This document shows positions 7,182 to 15,343 of a stretch of DNA of 64,000 bases, piece by piece. This DNA comes from Gemmatimonadales bacterium (GTDB lineage Bacteria > Gemmatimonadota > Gemmatimonadetes > Gemmatimonadales > GWC2-71-9). Where the stretch lies: positions 17,094-81,093 of the forward strand of contig DATAHW010000025.1 in NCBI GenBank assembly GCA_036262935.1. Reading direction: 5' to 3'. The stretch's first letter is position 1, and each line of letters begins with the position of its first letter. Made by a program: the position numbers and the translations under genes. Under the pieces are notes generated by a model. That model did not search any database and was not told where the DNA came from. It saw nothing but the letters and a program-made list of their open reading frames with translations.

Positions 7182-7257
7182 TGTGGATACCTAAACCCGG
7201 CTCACCCCTCAGCCTACCTCGTTCCGTCCACACAATGTGGAGATGTGAATCCACATT
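7182..7257. repeat. TGTGGA/TCCACA hexamer array with nested palindromes
   Basis: TGTGGA at 7182-7187 and 7236-7241. TCCACA at 7227-7232 and 7250-7255. A degenerate TGTGAA at 7244-7249. AATGTGGA-N8-TCCACATT (7234-7257) is a perfect 8-bp inverted repeat. Confidence 0.4.
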
Positions 7258-7277
7258 CCCTGCCGAAGCCCCACCCC

Positions 7278-7889
7278 TCAGGGCTCGAGGCCGACCTCGA
7301 CGTACCGGTAGGTCGACTCAGGCTCCGAGCTGGCAAAGAGGCACCCGGCCGAGCTGGCCGCGAACCAGCCGGCGACGAGGGGGCGGGGAATGTCGAGCTC
7401 CTGGATGATGGCACCCAGCCAGCGACGCAGGTGCCGGAGCTCGGGCGCCCGCCGACCCAGCAGCGCCAGAAGCGCTCCCGCCCCGGCGGTGGCGCGGAGA
7501 AAATGGGCCAGAGCGTGCGCCCGCTGGGTAAACTCTACGGCCTTCACTCCGGGCTCGTCGAACAGGACGGCACCTTCGAACACGTCCATGGGCGGCGCGT
7601 CCAGCCGGGGGCCGAGATACACGAACCGGCGTCCCTCGGCGCCCTTGCGCTCGATGACGGCCGCCGCCGTCTCGCTGGTGAGTCGCGCCGCATGGAGCAT
7701 GTCGTCATCCAGCAGAATGCCGACCACCCCTGTCCACTCGAGCGCCGCCAGCGCAGTTTCGACCGGGCAACCTAGGGCGTCGTCGAAGGCGAGGAGCCGA
7801 GGCGCCTCGCCGGCCCGGAGCACGAAGTGCGACAGGCCTTCGGCGCGGTCCGTGAACGTGCGCACCACGAGTGTCTGAGGCGAGGTCAT
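7278..7889 (-). CDS. Hypothetical protein (203 aa)
   Basis: ATG at 7889 (MTSPQTLVVRTF...). Composition is coding-like, and the gene is divergent from ogt. I recognise no family. Confidence 0.6.
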   Translation of the reverse strand: MTSPQTLVVRTFTDRAEGLSHFVLRAGEAPRLLAFDDALGCPVETALAALEWTGVVGILLDDDMLHAARLTSETAAAVIERKGAEGRRFVYLGPRLDAPPMDVFEGAVLFDEPGVKAVEFTQRAHALAHFLRATAGAGALLALLGRRAPELRHLRRWLGAIIQELDIPRPLVAGWFAASSAGCLFASSEPESTYRYVEVGLEP

Positions 7890-8000
7890 GACACAAATGT
7901 AAGTAGAGCTCCCGCCAGGCGTCAGAGCCGTGCTCACGAGTTGGCCAGCCCGCGGCCCGCGGACTACCTTTCGGCGAGGCAGGGAGCCCCGGAGGCCCGC

Positions 8001-8522
8001 ATGCACGTGGAATGGACGACGTACGGTTCGCCGGTCGGCGCGCTGACGGTGGTCGAGTGCGAGGCGGGCCCGCTGGTGATCGAGTTCCCGCACCGCGCGG
8101 CTTCGGTGAAGTGGGCGGTGCGTCTCCGCTCCGCTATCCCCGAGCTGCACATCGGTCAGGGACCGTGCCGGAGCACCACCGCCTGGCTGGAAGAGTACTT
8201 CGCCGGCTCGCCCCGCCCGTTTCCGTTTCCGGAATACCTGAAGCGCTGGTTCGAGCTGTCTCCGGCCCAGATGGCGGTCTTCAAGTCGCTCCGCAAAATC
8301 CCGCTTGGCGAAACCCGCTCGTATGATGACATCGCCCGCGCCACCCGGCTACATCCGCGGCAGATCGGATGGCTTGTGGCGGCCAATCACCTCGCGATTC
8401 TGATCCCGTGCCATCGGGTCGTGGGAAAGGACGGCTCTCTGGTAGGCTACGGCGGCGGGCTTGCCCGGAAGCGGTGGCTGCTCGACCACGAGCTGCGGGC
8501 CGCTGGCGTGGTCTTGAGGTAG
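8001..8522 (+). CDS. ogt: Methylated-DNA--protein-cysteine methyltransferase
   Basis: IPCHRVVGKDGSLVGYGGGLARKRWLLDHE contains the PCHRV active site. The HTH region SYDDIARATRLHPRQIGWLVAAN is also present. Confidence 0.9.
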   Translation: MHVEWTTYGSPVGALTVVECEAGPLVIEFPHRAASVKWAVRLRSAIPELHIGQGPCRSTTAWLEEYFAGSPRPFPFPEYLKRWFELSPAQMAVFKSLRKIPLGETRSYDDIARATRLHPRQIGWLVAANHLAILIPCHRVVGKDGSLVGYGGGLARKRWLLDHELRAAGVVLR

Positions 8523-8639
8523 GCATAAAAGGCCGAATCGGAAGCCCTGCCACCCCAAGCGCCATATTGACAAATCCCTGAGCGCGCATGACCTTGGTTT
8601 ATGCTCCGCGAAGTCCATCCCTTGCATGATTGAGTCATC

Positions 8640-8678
8640 GCCGGCCGGCCGGGCGTTCTAACCGGGCGGCTTTTTCTT
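8640..8678 (+). terminator. Terminator-like GC hairpin + TTTTTCTT between ogt and csp
   Basis: GCCGGCCGG (8640-8648) pairs with CCGGGCGGC (8662-8670) with one mismatch, followed by TTTTTCTT. It lies 118 nt after the ogt stop and 76 nt before the csp ATG. Confidence 0.4.
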
Positions 8679-8753
8679 GGGGCGTTTTCACCCGGCTATG
8701 TAGGCCGGGGGTTTCCCCGGAGCCCGCGGGCTCCCTTTCAAGAGGTTGCAACA

Positions 8754-8954
8754 ATGGCGAAGGGCACGGTCAAGTGGTTCAATGACGCAAAGGGGTTCGG
8801 ATTCATCGCGCAAGACGGCGGCAAGGATGTGTTCGTTCACCACACCGCCATCATCGCCGAGGGTTTCCGCTCCCTCGCCGAGGGAGACAACGTGGAATTC
8901 GAGGTGGTGGAAGGCCCCAAGGGTCTCCAGGCCTCGAACGTCCGCAAGGTCTGA
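8754..8954 (+). CDS. Cold-shock protein (CspA family)
   Basis: [33 protein letters not shown] carries RNP1 (KGFGFI) and RNP2 (VFVHH). 66 aa. Confidence 0.95.
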   Translation: MAKGTVKWFNDAKGFGFIAQDGGKDVFVHHTAIIAEGFRSLAEGDNVEFEVVEGPKGLQASNVRKV

Positions 8955-9008
8955 AATTCCCGGCGCTCGGCGCCGCTCCCGTTCCGACGCAGCTTCCGGT
9001 TCAACCCG

Positions 9009-9045
9009 GCCCCTCGCCGCATCGGCGAGGGGCGGGCTATCTGTC
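9009..9045 (+). terminator. Hairpin terminator after csp
   Basis: Perfect 10-bp stem GCCCCTCGCC (9009-9018) / GGCGAGGGGC (9024-9033) with a 5-nt loop. The downstream U-tract is weak (GGGCTATCTGTCGTC). Confidence 0.45.
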
Positions 9046-9063
9046 GTCGAGGGCTCCCGACGT

Positions 9064-9603
9064 ATGTCATCCGCTCACGGTCTCGCGCTTCTCGCACTCT
9101 TCGCCGCTCCGGTCAAGGCCGCCGGCGCCAGCATGGCCGCCCCCGCACCGGCAGACACCGCGGCCCTCGAGTTCCACGGTTTCCGTGCCGGCGCGCATCT
9201 CGCCGAGCTTGACGCGCTGGTGCGGAGCCTCGATGGCCGGCTTCATTGTGACGGCGCCCGAGCCGACCGGCGTGTGAGCGAGTGCCGCACATCCATCGAT
9301 GATCCCGCACTCGGCGGCCCCGTGAACCTGTGGATCTCGACGGTCGACAGCATCGCCAGCGTGATCACGATCTCCGGTGGCGCCGCCGGCGCCAGGCTCG
9401 ACCACTGGCGCGATCAAATCGAGCGCCGATATGGACGCGTGGGCGCCTCCATCCAGGGCTCGCAATCGATGATGCAGTGGGTGCGAGCCGGCCGGATGCT
9501 GCGCCTCACCTGGCGCGTGGAGCGTGGTGGGCGAGTGGCCTCCGTCAGCCTGGTGGACGGCCGCGTGCTGGACCGCTGGGGCCGCGGCCGCGGCCGCGGC
9601 TGA
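9064..9603 (+). CDS. Secreted hypothetical protein
   Basis: MSSAHGLALLALFAAPVKAAGA is a signal peptide. 179 aa ending in RGRGRG. No family recognised. Confidence 0.55.
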   Translation: MSSAHGLALLALFAAPVKAAGASMAAPAPADTAALEFHGFRAGAHLAELDALVRSLDGRLHCDGARADRRVSECRTSIDDPALGGPVNLWISTVDSIASVITISGGAAGARLDHWRDQIERRYGRVGASIQGSQSMMQWVRAGRMLRLTWRVERGGRVASVSLVDGRVLDRWGRGRGRG

Positions 9604-9777
9604 CGCATCCGGCGCCTCATGTGGTTCCTCGCCCCCACCCGATAGCCACGCCGCACCTCCCACCCAACTCCCGCCTTTAGTACGCGATTTGCACCTCGGC
9701 CGTTTGCGGGGTTCTGCCGCACCCCGGATCACGGCTACAAGCCCTTCTCTCCAACGACCTTACGAAACCACGCTCGA

Positions 9778-10962
9778 GTGCGGGAGTCGCTCTTGCCATT
9801 GTCCGATCGACTGAGGCTATTTGCGCCGCGCGTGGGCGGGCTGCTCCTCGCCGCCGCACTCGCCGGCTCGTGCCAGCGCGGAGATTCCGGCGTGGTCCGC
9901 ATCGGCGTCGCCGGCTCGTTCAGCGATCCGATCGGCCTTCCGATGAAGGAGGCCGCTGAGCTCGCCGCGGAGGAGATCAACGCCGCGGGCGGCATCGCTG
10001 GGCGCCGCCTCGAGCTCATCACCCGCGACGACTACGCCGATCCCGATTCCGCCGTCTTCGTCGCGAGCGATCTCTACTCCTCCAACGCCTCCGCCGTTGT
10101 CGGCCACCTGTTCTCGGGGATGACGCTGGCGGCGGCTCCCATCTACAACGGTGGGGACGATCCGGTCGTCGCGATCAGCCCCTCGTCCTCGTCGCCCGAC
10201 GTGACCGGGGCCGGCACCTACACCTTCCGGATCTGCCCGAGCGATCAGGCGCACGGCACCGTGCTCGCTCACTGGGTGCGGGACCGTCTGCACTTTACCC
10301 GGGGCGCCGTGCTCTACCTGAATGACGAGTACGGCCGCGGGATCCGGCAGACGTTCGTATCCGAGTACACGCGACTCGGCGGCAGCCTGCAGGCGGTGGA
10401 CCCTTACCTCGGGGATCGGCCGGACGTCGCGCCCTACATGGATCGCCTGGCGCGCGACGAGCGGCCGGAGTTCATCCTGGTGGCGGGCAACCGGAGCGAG
10501 GCCGAGGAGGTGTTGCGCCAGGCACGGAAGCGCGGCCTCACCATGCCGGTGCTCGGCGGCGACGGTCTCGAAGGGATCCAGGAGGCCGGCGCGCTGGCGG
10601 AGGGCGTCTACCTCAGCTCCCCCTATTTCCCGGCGATCCCCAGCGCCGCCAACCGGCGCTTCGTGGCCGCATTTCACCGGAAGTACCCGGACGCCGGGAT
10701 GCCCAATCAGCCGGCCGCGGCCACCTACGATGCCATCTATCTACTGCGTGATGTGATCGCCCGGGTGGGGTCCGACCGTTCCGCCGTCCGGCGCGCGCTC
10801 GCGGGGGTGGGCTCGGCCACGCCGCCCTTCGCCGGCGTGACCGGTACGGTCGCCTTCGACGGCAACGGTGACGTCCCCGACCAGAACGTCTATATCGGAC
10901 TCGTACGCCACGGCGTGGTCGAAGTGGTGAACGGGGCGGACGAGCCCGGAGCCACGCGGTGA
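9778..10962 (+). CDS. LivJ-type (branched-chain amino acid family) periplasmic binding lipoprotein
   Basis: Lipobox [19 protein letters not shown] ... [23 protein letters not shown] ... [10 protein letters not shown] match type-1 periplasmic binding proteins. Confidence 0.85.
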   Translation: MRESLLPLSDRLRLFAPRVGGLLLAAALAGSCQRGDSGVVRIGVAGSFSDPIGLPMKEAAELAAEEINAAGGIAGRRLELITRDDYADPDSAVFVASDLYSSNASAVVGHLFSGMTLAAAPIYNGGDDPVVAISPSSSSPDVTGAGTYTFRICPSDQAHGTVLAHWVRDRLHFTRGAVLYLNDEYGRGIRQTFVSEYTRLGGSLQAVDPYLGDRPDVAPYMDRLARDERPEFILVAGNRSEAEEVLRQARKRGLTMPVLGGDGLEGIQEAGALAEGVYLSSPYFPAIPSAANRRFVAAFHRKYPDAGMPNQPAAATYDAIYLLRDVIARVGSDRSAVRRALAGVGSATPPFAGVTGTVAFDGNGDVPDQNVYIGLVRHGVVEVVNGADEPGATR

Positions 10963-12656
10963 AGCTCCTGCGCAGCCTGCGCCACCGCGTCATCGCGGGG
11001 ATGGTGCTGCTCATCGCGCTCGTCTTCGGGATTGCCCTGCTTGGCGTGAACTCCATCCGGGCGCTCGACCAGTCGGTCAACCAGGAGCTGTCCCTGCTGC
11101 TCGAGAGCACCGACCTGGGGAACGGCCTGGTGACCTCGGTCTCGTCCGAAGTGCGCGCGGCGGAACAGTATCTCGTGCGTCCGGATACCCGCCTGCGCGC
11201 GGTCACGCTCGAAGAGGGCGACTCGGCTTACGCGTACCAGCGTCGCTACCGCTCGCTCGCTTCGCTTACCACCGCCGACCGTTACATCGTGAACAAGATC
11301 GCGGCGAACCAGGCCGCGATCGAGGTCGCCTATGGAATGGCCCACGCGCTGACGGATCTCGGACGTACGGAGGATGCGCGTCGCATGGCTGATCGTGCCC
11401 GCGCCCCCTCCGACACGCTGCTCGGCGACGTGCGCGCGCTCGGTCTGGCACAGACCACGCGTTCGGTGGTCCGGGCGGCGGATCTCCGCCGCCAGGCATC
11501 CAATCGGCGAAACGCACTCTGGGGACTCTTCCTCACTTCCCTGCTCATCGGCGCGCTCACCTCATTCTGGACCGTGCGCTCGGTGGATCGGCCGCTGAAT
11601 CAGCTCATCGGCGCGGCCGAGCGGTTTGGCGGCGGCGACCTTCGTCCGATCCGCCTCGGCGGGGGGATGCCGACCGAGATCGAGCGTCTGGCGCGCGCCA
11701 TGGACGACATGGGTGGCCGCCTCCGCGGCGTGGTGGTCTCGGTAGTGGACGAGGCCAGCCAGATCGGGAACAGTGCCAGCGACTTTTCGGCGATGAGCGA
11801 AGAACTGGCCGCCAGCAGCGGCGAGATCTCTACCGCGATGGTCAAGATCGCCGCGAGCGCCGAACAGCAGGTGAGCGGGATGGAAAAAGCCGACGCGCTG
11901 CTGCTGAGTCTGCGGGAGATCGCCGAGGCCAACGCGCAGGCGTCGGTCCGGGTAGCGGAGCTGGGCGATCGGATTCAGCAGTTGGCCGCGCAGCACCGGG
12001 CCGAGGTGGCCGCCGCAGGGCGCGCTCTCCTCGACGTGCGCGAGGTCGTCGGCAGGTCCGCCGATCAGGTACAGGCGCTCGCGCGCGCCTCGGAGCCCAT
12101 CACCGCCTTCATCGACCTGATCAAGCAGATCTCATCCCAGACCAACCTGCTCGCCCTTAACGCGGCGATCGAGGCCGCACGCGCGGGGGAGCATGGCCGC
12201 GGATTCGCCGTCGTCGCCGAAGAGGTGCGCCGTCTCGCCGACTCCAGCGCCACGGCGGCGGAGGATGTGGCCAAGACCGTGAAATTCATCCGGAATCAGG
12301 TGCAGCAGGTGGTCGGCACGATGGAGGTCGGCTCGGTCAAGGTGCAGGGCATCGAAGGGGTGGCGCTGGCAGCGGGGCGCGCGCTGGAAGAGATCTCGCG
12401 GGCCGTCGAGGAAGTACACGACGCCGCGGAGGCCGTGGCGCGCGAGGTGGCGGCCAATCAGGCGATCGTCGAGCAGCTCGGGCAGCGGACCCGTGAGGTG
12501 GGGCAGTCCGCCACCGAGCACGCCTCCGCCAGTGAGGAAGTCACCGCCGCCGCCGAGGAACAGACCGCCAGCACCGAGCAGATGGCATCGGCGGCGGGGA
12601 ATCTGCTGCAGGGCGCCACCCGGCTGACGACCCTGGTGCAGGAGTTCAAGACCTAG
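10959..12656 (+). CDS. Methyl-accepting chemotaxis protein (4-helix-bundle sensor, HAMP, MCP signalling domain)
   Basis: [37 protein letters not shown] is the conserved MCP hairpin tip. Two TM segments flank a sensor of about 170 aa. The start overlaps the stop of the binding-protein gene (GTGA). Confidence 0.9.
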   Translation: MKLLRSLRHRVIAGMVLLIALVFGIALLGVNSIRALDQSVNQELSLLLESTDLGNGLVTSVSSEVRAAEQYLVRPDTRLRAVTLEEGDSAYAYQRRYRSLASLTTADRYIVNKIAANQAAIEVAYGMAHALTDLGRTEDARRMADRARAPSDTLLGDVRALGLAQTTRSVVRAADLRRQASNRRNALWGLFLTSLLIGALTSFWTVRSVDRPLNQLIGAAERFGGGDLRPIRLGGGMPTEIERLARAMDDMGGRLRGVVVSVVDEASQIGNSASDFSAMSEELAASSGEISTAMVKIAASAEQQVSGMEKADALLLSLREIAEANAQASVRVAELGDRIQQLAAQHRAEVAAAGRALLDVREVVGRSADQVQALARASEPITAFIDLIKQISSQTNLLALNAAIEAARAGEHGRGFAVVAEEVRRLADSSATAAEDVAKTVKFIRNQVQQVVGTMEVGSVKVQGIEGVALAAGRALEEISRAVEEVHDAAEAVAREVAANQAIVEQLGQRTREVGQSATEHASASEEVTAAAEEQTASTEQMASAAGNLLQGATRLTTLVQEFKT

Positions 12657-13024
12657 CGCCGCCTCGCCTGCTTGGCCGCCTTCTTCACCTTCTTCACGGC
12701 TTTGACCGGTTTCACCGTCCTTGCCTTGGCGCGGGCCTTGGCCTTGTGGGCCCGCTCCCGCTCGGCAGCCTTGTCGGCGCGCCGCTGCTCGGCCGCGTGC
12801 ACTTCGACCAGGAGTCGGTCACCCTCTTCTTGTCCCAGCAGGCCGCGCCGGGTGGCGTAGCGCACCAGCTCATCGGCGTCCTGGATGTTGAACTCCGTCA
12901 GCCTGGCGGCGGCGCGGATAACGTTGCCCAGGGCATCGGCCACCGGGCTCCGCAACACATTGGCGATGCCGGGCAAGGTCTCGAGCAACGTCGAAATCTG
13001 TGAACCGCCGAGTTCCGACACCAC
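12653..13024 (-). CDS. Hypothetical protein with Lys/Ala-rich basic tail
   Basis: GGAGG lies 5 nt before the GTG start. The C-terminus is [32 protein letters not shown]. Confidence 0.6.
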   Translation of the reverse strand: MVSELGGSQISTLLETLPGIANVLRSPVADALGNVIRAAARLTEFNIQDADELVRYATRRGLLGQEEGDRLLVEVHAAEQRRADKAAERERAHKAKARAKARTVKPVKAVKKVKKAAKQARRR

Positions 13025-13230
13025 GAATCCTCCTTCACCCGCGGGTCCTGGCCGTGCCCCGGGAGCGCCGTGCGGCGGCCGGGGAAAACCTGACCGAATT
13101 CTCGCATGGTGACGGCCGTGACGCTAGTAGTAGCTGCGAATACAACCTGCGTCCTCGGGCGCGCAGCAAGCGCGGTCCGCCGGGTTCGCCGACGGGCCGC
13201 TGTATGCGTAAGTTCAAGTGTCCCAGCGAC

Positions 13231-13644
13231 CTACTCGACCTTCAAAGTGCCGCGCATGTCATACGCCCGGTGGGGCAGGCAGTAAAAGCTGTAGGATCCA
13301 GCCGGCACGCGCGGCACCACCATCCGGTATTCGTCCCCGGCTGCGGTGAGCAGTGGGCTGCTGAGCTCGGCCGACCGGCCGGGCATGACGGCGTTGAACG
13401 CTCCCCGCACATCCGGCGAGAGTCCGGCGCGTTCGAAGACCACGCTGTGTGGCGCGCCGCTGGCGACGCGGAAGACCACGAGGTCGTTCGGATGCACCGT
13501 CAGCGTGGCCGGCTCGAAGCGGTACTCGTCCTTCGATTGATTGACGATCAGCCGGACCACATGGGTCTGCTGAGCCGCAGCGGACGCCGCCAGCGAGAAG
13601 CCGGCGGCGATCCCCGCAAGGAGGCCACGGAAAGCTGCCTGCAT
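13231..13644 (-). CDS. Cupredoxin (plastocyanin/pseudoazurin-like blue copper protein)
   Basis: Signal peptide MQAAFRGLLAGIAAGFSLAASAAA. Copper ligands are H in APHSVVF and the C-x2-H-x4-M motif in YCLPHRAYDM. Confidence 0.8.
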   Translation of the reverse strand: MQAAFRGLLAGIAAGFSLAASAAAQQTHVVRLIVNQSKDEYRFEPATLTVHPNDLVVFRVASGAPHSVVFERAGLSPDVRGAFNAVMPGRSAELSSPLLTAAGDEYRMVVPRVPAGSYSFYCLPHRAYDMRGTLKVE

Positions 13645-13767
13645 ATGTGAGTCCCCTCCCACGTCAGAGCTGAAGACCTTTGCGTGCCGCAACGGCTTTC
13701 CGTAAATTGAGAAGCGATGGTGGGGTAGCTACATCCGTGCCACCAGACCCCGCCGGAAGGGCCGACT

Positions 13768-14025
13768 GTGGGACGTCGGGGCATCAAGGAGTACCGCGCG
13801 CCTGAGGCGCTGATTCTGATCGCGGCGGATCGGGACCATAAGCCGCTCGTCTGCCCGTCCTGCAACTCGAGCGAGGTCGAGCGGACCCCCGAGCGGTCGT
13901 CCTCCGACGACGTGCAGGGGGGCCGGGTCACGCTCCACTGCGCCGCCTGCGGCCGGACCGCCGCCTATATCCCACGCACGCTCAATCGCTCGTCCATGCC
14001 GGAAGCTCCCCGGCACCCGCTCTAG
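13768..14025 (+). CDS. Small zinc-ribbon protein (hypothetical)
   Basis: CPSC ... CAAC pairs. GTG start with GGAAGGG upstream. 85 aa. Confidence 0.35.
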   Translation: MGRRGIKEYRAPEALILIAADRDHKPLVCPSCNSSEVERTPERSSSDDVQGGRVTLHCAACGRTAAYIPRTLNRSSMPEAPRHPL

Positions 14026-14040
14026 CGCACGATCCCGCTG

Positions 14041-14826
14041 CTATTTCGGCTGGGTAAAGATCCTGCCCCACCGCACGGCGGTCAGGAACGGCAGCGACTT
14101 CCAACTGTTCGGATCGTAGCTGAAGTACACCACCAGCGGCCTTCCCCGGACGTTCTTCCGGGGCAGAAACCCCCAGTAGCGTCCATCGTACGAACTGTCG
14201 CGGTTGTCGCCCATCATGAAGAACGAATCGGGCGGGACCACGATCGGCCCCCAGTCGTGGAGGTCCGGCTGGTAGCTGGCGGTGTCGCGGTGCACCAGAT
14301 GGGGTATCTGCCACTCGCGCATCTTGGCGCGCTGGATCGGGTCTTCAGAGCGGTGAGGATCCCCGTGCAGCGCGTAGGGCTCGTCCACCCGCTGCCCGTC
14401 GCGGTAGAGCTGGCCCGCCTCCATCGCGAGCGTATCACCGGGCATTCCGATCAGGCGCTTCACGACCTTGAGCCCTTCCTCCTCCACGGAGTCGAAGACC
14501 AGGATGTCGTTCCGCACCGGCTCGCGCACTGCCGGCAGGTAGGCGTGGACGATCGGAACTTCGGCGCCGTAGAGCGCCTTGTTCACGAACAGGAAATCGC
14601 CGATCAGCAGAGTGTTCTCCATGCTGCCGGAAGGGATGCGGAAGGCTTCGATCAGAAAAGTCCGCAGGAAGAACCAGACCACGAGTGCGACGACGATCGA
14701 CTTGCTCCACTCCCACAGCCAGATGAGGGCCGAGCGCGAGCGGTCCGCGGGGCCGCCGGTTCCCGAGGGCCGGGAGGCACGGGAGCTGGAACTGCCGGTG
14801 GATGGGGTGGTGCCGCGCGCGGTCAT
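14041..14826 (-). CDS. lepB: Signal peptidase I
   Basis: IPSGSMENTL (catalytic Ser), VKRLIGMPGD (Lys box) and GDNRDSSYDGRYWGF. Confidence 0.9.
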   Translation of the reverse strand: MTARGTTPSTGSSSSRASRPSGTGGPADRSRSALIWLWEWSKSIVVALVVWFFLRTFLIEAFRIPSGSMENTLLIGDFLFVNKALYGAEVPIVHAYLPAVREPVRNDILVFDSVEEEGLKVVKRLIGMPGDTLAMEAGQLYRDGQRVDEPYALHGDPHRSEDPIQRAKMREWQIPHLVHRDTASYQPDLHDWGPIVVPPDSFFMMGDNRDSSYDGRYWGFLPRKNVRGRPLVVYFSYDPNSWKSLPFLTAVRWGRIFTQPK

Positions 14827-14878
14827 GCCGGAGGTCCTGTGAGGATGGAAAGCTCAAGTATAACGGGATACGCTCCCC

Positions 14879-15343
14879 TTACCCGCCGCGCACGGCCTCC
14901 AGCACCTTGGTGGGGTGCGCCGCGGCGCTTGCCACGCGAGCCCAATGCCGGCGGACCCGGCCGTCGGGACCGATCCACACCGTCGAGCGGATCACTCCCG
15001 TCACCGTTTTCCCGTACATCACCTTCTTGCCGTAGGCGCCGTAGGTGCGCATGACGCCGTGATCGGGATCGGACAGCAACGGAAAGGGCAGCCGGTACTT
15101 GGCGGCGAAGCGCCGGTGGGTTTCAGGGGCATCCGCGGACACGCCGAGCACCACGACGCCAAGCGACTGCAGCTCGTCCCAGGCGTCCCGGAATCCGCAG
15201 GCCTCCTTCGTACACCCCGGGGTGTCGTCCCTGGGATAGAAGTACAGAACCACATCCCGGCCCGCGAATTCTTCGAGCGATACCTCGCGTCCGGCAGCAT
15301 CGGACAGCGTGAACGGGGGCGCCTCGACCCCGGGCTCGAGCAT
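14879..15343 (-). CDS. bcp: Peroxiredoxin, Bcp type
   Basis: From MLEPGVEAPPFTL. YFYPRDDTPGCTKEAC is the Bcp motif. The ATG shares one base with the stop of the MFP gene (TGATG). Confidence 0.9.
   Translation of the reverse strand: MLEPGVEAPPFTLSDAAGREVSLEEFAGRDVVLYFYPRDDTPGCTKEACGFRDAWDELQSLGVVVLGVSADAPETHRRFAAKYRLPFPLLSDPDHGVMRTYGAYGKKVMYGKTVTGVIRSTVWIGPDGRVRRHWARVASAAAHPTKVLEAVRGG

Noticed and set aside
6960-7210. RNase P RNA. There is an 8-bp P4-like complement, GAGCCGGG with CCCGGCTC, and a + strand AAACCCGGCTCAC resembling ACAGAACCCGGCTTA.
   Set aside because: The universally conserved GGAAAGTCCGG element is absent on both strands, and the distances to the flanking terminators do not fit a P1-closed molecule.
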